Assembly: GCA_020354945.1 (NCBI GenBank)
Contig: CP070655.1
Coordinates: 84,904-102,828, forward strand
DNA length: 17,925 nt
Direction of reading: 5' to 3'
Origin: Candidatus Omnitrophota bacterium
GTDB taxonomy: Bacteria; Omnitrophota; Gorgyraeia; JABMRG01; JAFGKX01
Shown here: positions 16,115-17,925 of the stretch, piece after piece
How the letters are laid out: each line of letters starts with the position of its first letter
Numbering within the stretch: the first letter of the stretch is position 1
Notes under the pieces: generated by a model
Databases searched by the model: none
What the model was told of the DNA's origin: nothing
What the model saw: the letters and a program-made list of their open reading frames with translations, nothing else
Translations under genes and position numbers: made by a program

Positions 16115-16306
16115 ATGCCCCCTAAAAAAATAGCTTTAATTGTTTTGGGAGTATTACTTCTTATTATTTTGCTCCAAAACACGCAGGTTGTTTCGGTGAG
16201 ATTCTTATTTTGGAAACTCAGCATGTCTCGGATTATACTGCTTCCTTTGTTCATGCTTATCGGGTTTATTATAGGTTTTTTTGTAGGTAAAAAATCAGGG
16301 GAGTAA
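16115..16306 (+). CDS. LapA-family (DUF1049) small membrane protein
   Basis: LQNTQVVSVRFLFWKLSMSR between two TM helices; RBS AGGAGGT; paralog of 8175-8372. Confidence 0.8.
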   Translation: MPPKKIALIVLGVLLLIILLQNTQVVSVRFLFWKLSMSRIILLPLFMLIGFIIGFFVGKKSGE

Positions 16307-16387
16307 AAACAACACTACAATTCTATACAAAAAATTTATTGGGATAAATACTCCTATAGCAGTGATCGTTTACAGGGGGGGTAGAGT

Positions 16388-17620
16388 ATGATAAAAGTTA
16401 AACAATTTTTTGCCGGAAGCTGTCTTTCTTATGTGCTTGAGGCGGAACAAGAAGCTTTGATTATTGATCCCCATATCAGCCTTAAAAATGATTATGTAAA
16501 TTTTATTAGAAAAAGAAAGCTCAAACTTAAATTTATTATCGATACCCATAGTCACGCAGACCACTTCTCTCTCGCAGCAATTTTAAAAAAAGAATTTAAC
16601 GCCCCGGTTTTAATGTATGAAAAGGCAATTTCTAACGTTGCAACACAGAGGTTAAAGGATAACGACGACATCAACTTAGGAAACGAGATAATAAAAGTAA
16701 TTTATGCTCCGGGTCACACCGATGATACAGTTAATCTTTACACAGCCAAGTATTTATTCACGGCGGATGTTCTGTTAATCGGCAGTGTAGGTAGGACCGA
16801 TTTTCAAAATGGCTCACCCGAGTCGATGTTTGATACCTTGCAAAGGCTAAAGAAATTACCCGATGAAACAATTGTTTATCCAGGACACGATTATCACCAA
16901 AAGCGCTCAACTACCATTAAGCGCGAAAAGCAGGAAAACCCTTTTATCAGGCAAGATGATAAAGATGTTTTTGTTAAAGATATGCGTTCCAAAAAACTCG
17001 CTAAGCCTTTTAATATTGATAATATAATCCGTCTGAACCAGAAGGGGGAGGCCGTAAGCCTGGAGACTATTTCTCCCAAAGAAGCTAACGAATTTGTTCA
17101 CAAAGACTTAAAGACGAAACTACTCGACGTGCGCAGTGTTCTTGAATTTGCCGAAGAACACATTGAGGGTGCGCAAAATATCCCGATTGATACGCTTGCT
17201 TCGCGTATCAAGGAACTGAGCGATTCTGGCAATAGCTATATCGTACTTTGTCGTACCGGAAACCGTTCGCCGATGGCTGCTGATATGCTACTTCAGTCAG
17301 GTATGCATAATGTAAAAGTTATGGATGGCGGAATGATCAGATGGAAGAAAGAAAAACTCGGTGTGATTAAGGGAGTGGGGGGAATTTCTATAGAGCGTCA
17401 AGTAAGGGCATCGGCAGGAACCTTGGTTTTACTAGGGGTTTTGTTAGCTTTTTTTGTACATCCTGGTTTTATCGCAATTACTATCTTTGTAAGCTGCGGC
17501 CTCATTTATTCGGGGTTATCGGATAACTGTCTAATGGGAATGCTATTAATGAAACTGCCTTACAATAAGAAGCTTTACAGTTCTAAACTGGACGGGGGAA
17601 CTTGTTCAATAGGTGGATGA
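16388..17620 (+). CDS. MBL-fold persulfide dioxygenase (ETHE1-like)-rhodanese-DUF2892 fusion
   Basis: DTHSHADH, PGHT, GRTDF, YPGHDY; rhodanese loop CRTGNRS; C-terminal SIERQVR...TM...NCLMG. Confidence 0.88.
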   Translation: MIKVKQFFAGSCLSYVLEAEQEALIIDPHISLKNDYVNFIRKRKLKLKFIIDTHSHADHFSLAAILKKEFNAPVLMYEKAISNVATQRLKDNDDINLGNEIIKVIYAPGHTDDTVNLYTAKYLFTADVLLIGSVGRTDFQNGSPESMFDTLQRLKKLPDETIVYPGHDYHQKRSTTIKREKQENPFIRQDDKDVFVKDMRSKKLAKPFNIDNIIRLNQKGEAVSLETISPKEANEFVHKDLKTKLLDVRSVLEFAEEHIEGAQNIPIDTLASRIKELSDSGNSYIVLCRTGNRSPMAADMLLQSGMHNVKVMDGGMIRWKKEKLGVIKGVGGISIERQVRASAGTLVLLGVLLAFFVHPGFIAITIFVSCGLIYSGLSDNCLMGMLLMKLPYNKKLYSSKLDGGTCSIGG

Positions 17621-17642
17621 AAAAGATGAGATGAATTAAAAA

Positions 17643-17925
17643 ATGAAGGAATGGAAAAAGTTTCTTTATGCTGTAACAGTATTTTTAGAATGTTTCTACC
17701 TGCCTGTGGAATTATTACCTTTCAGGAATCCTATATTCGAGGCACTGGCTTTGGTGCGTTGGTACGCCCGGGAGCATGTTTTGCTTTGTCTTGTGCCGGC
17801 GTTCTTTATCGCAGGGGCAATTTCAGTATTTGTGAGTCAGGCATCCGTGATTAAATATTTCGGCGCAAAGGCAAATAAGTTTTTAGCCTACAGTGTTGCC
17901 TCGGTTTCAGGAACGATACTCGCTG
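17643..17925 (+). CDS. ArsP/DUF318-family permease (5' part, runs off the window)
   Basis: Open frame MKEWKKFL...WYAREHVLLCLVPAFFIAGAISVFVSQASVIKYFG...VASVSGTILA. Confidence 0.82.
   Translation, partial: MKEWKKFLYAVTVFLECFYLPVELLPFRNPIFEALALVRWYAREHVLLCLVPAFFIAGAISVFVSQASVIKYFGAKANKFLAYSVASVSGTILA

Noticed and set aside
17651-17854. 67-aa ORF
   Set aside because: It is out of frame with the permease reading frame that starts at 17643.

Overview
An AT-rich accessory region, probably from a diderm anaerobic bacterium (inference from the outer-membrane barrels and the desulforedoxin/radical SAM genes). All credible genes are on the + strand. In order: a B12-binding radical SAM gene; a structured non-coding region; a six-gene putative synthase-dependent exopolysaccharide operon (TPR protein, TPR plus beta-barrel exporter, BcsA-like GT2 without PilZ, GH26 lipoprotein, ferritin-like half protein, ferritin-like half plus PilZ); small redox and envelope genes; corA; an excisionase-like HTH gene; DUF302; aspD-aspT; an ETHE1-rhodanese-DUF2892 fusion; and a truncated ArsP/DUF318 permease. 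The ORF track misses several layers of mobile-element structure. (i) Two orphan copies of a MiaB-type 5' end (K[IV]YIRTFG, shared core GGACTTTCGG at 1693 and 16010) bracket about 14.3 kb, and the second overlaps a probable serine-recombinase C-terminal remnant. (ii) A 156-bp palindrome-containing element occurs as an inverted pair (1837-1992 and 7894-8049) enclosing the polysaccharide operon, with two shorter relatives at 11440 and 12211. (iii) Short 3' gene remnants are fused to these elements. The region looks like a tandem island-accretion site assembled from modules. Family assignments come from motif recognition by eye, not from database searches.
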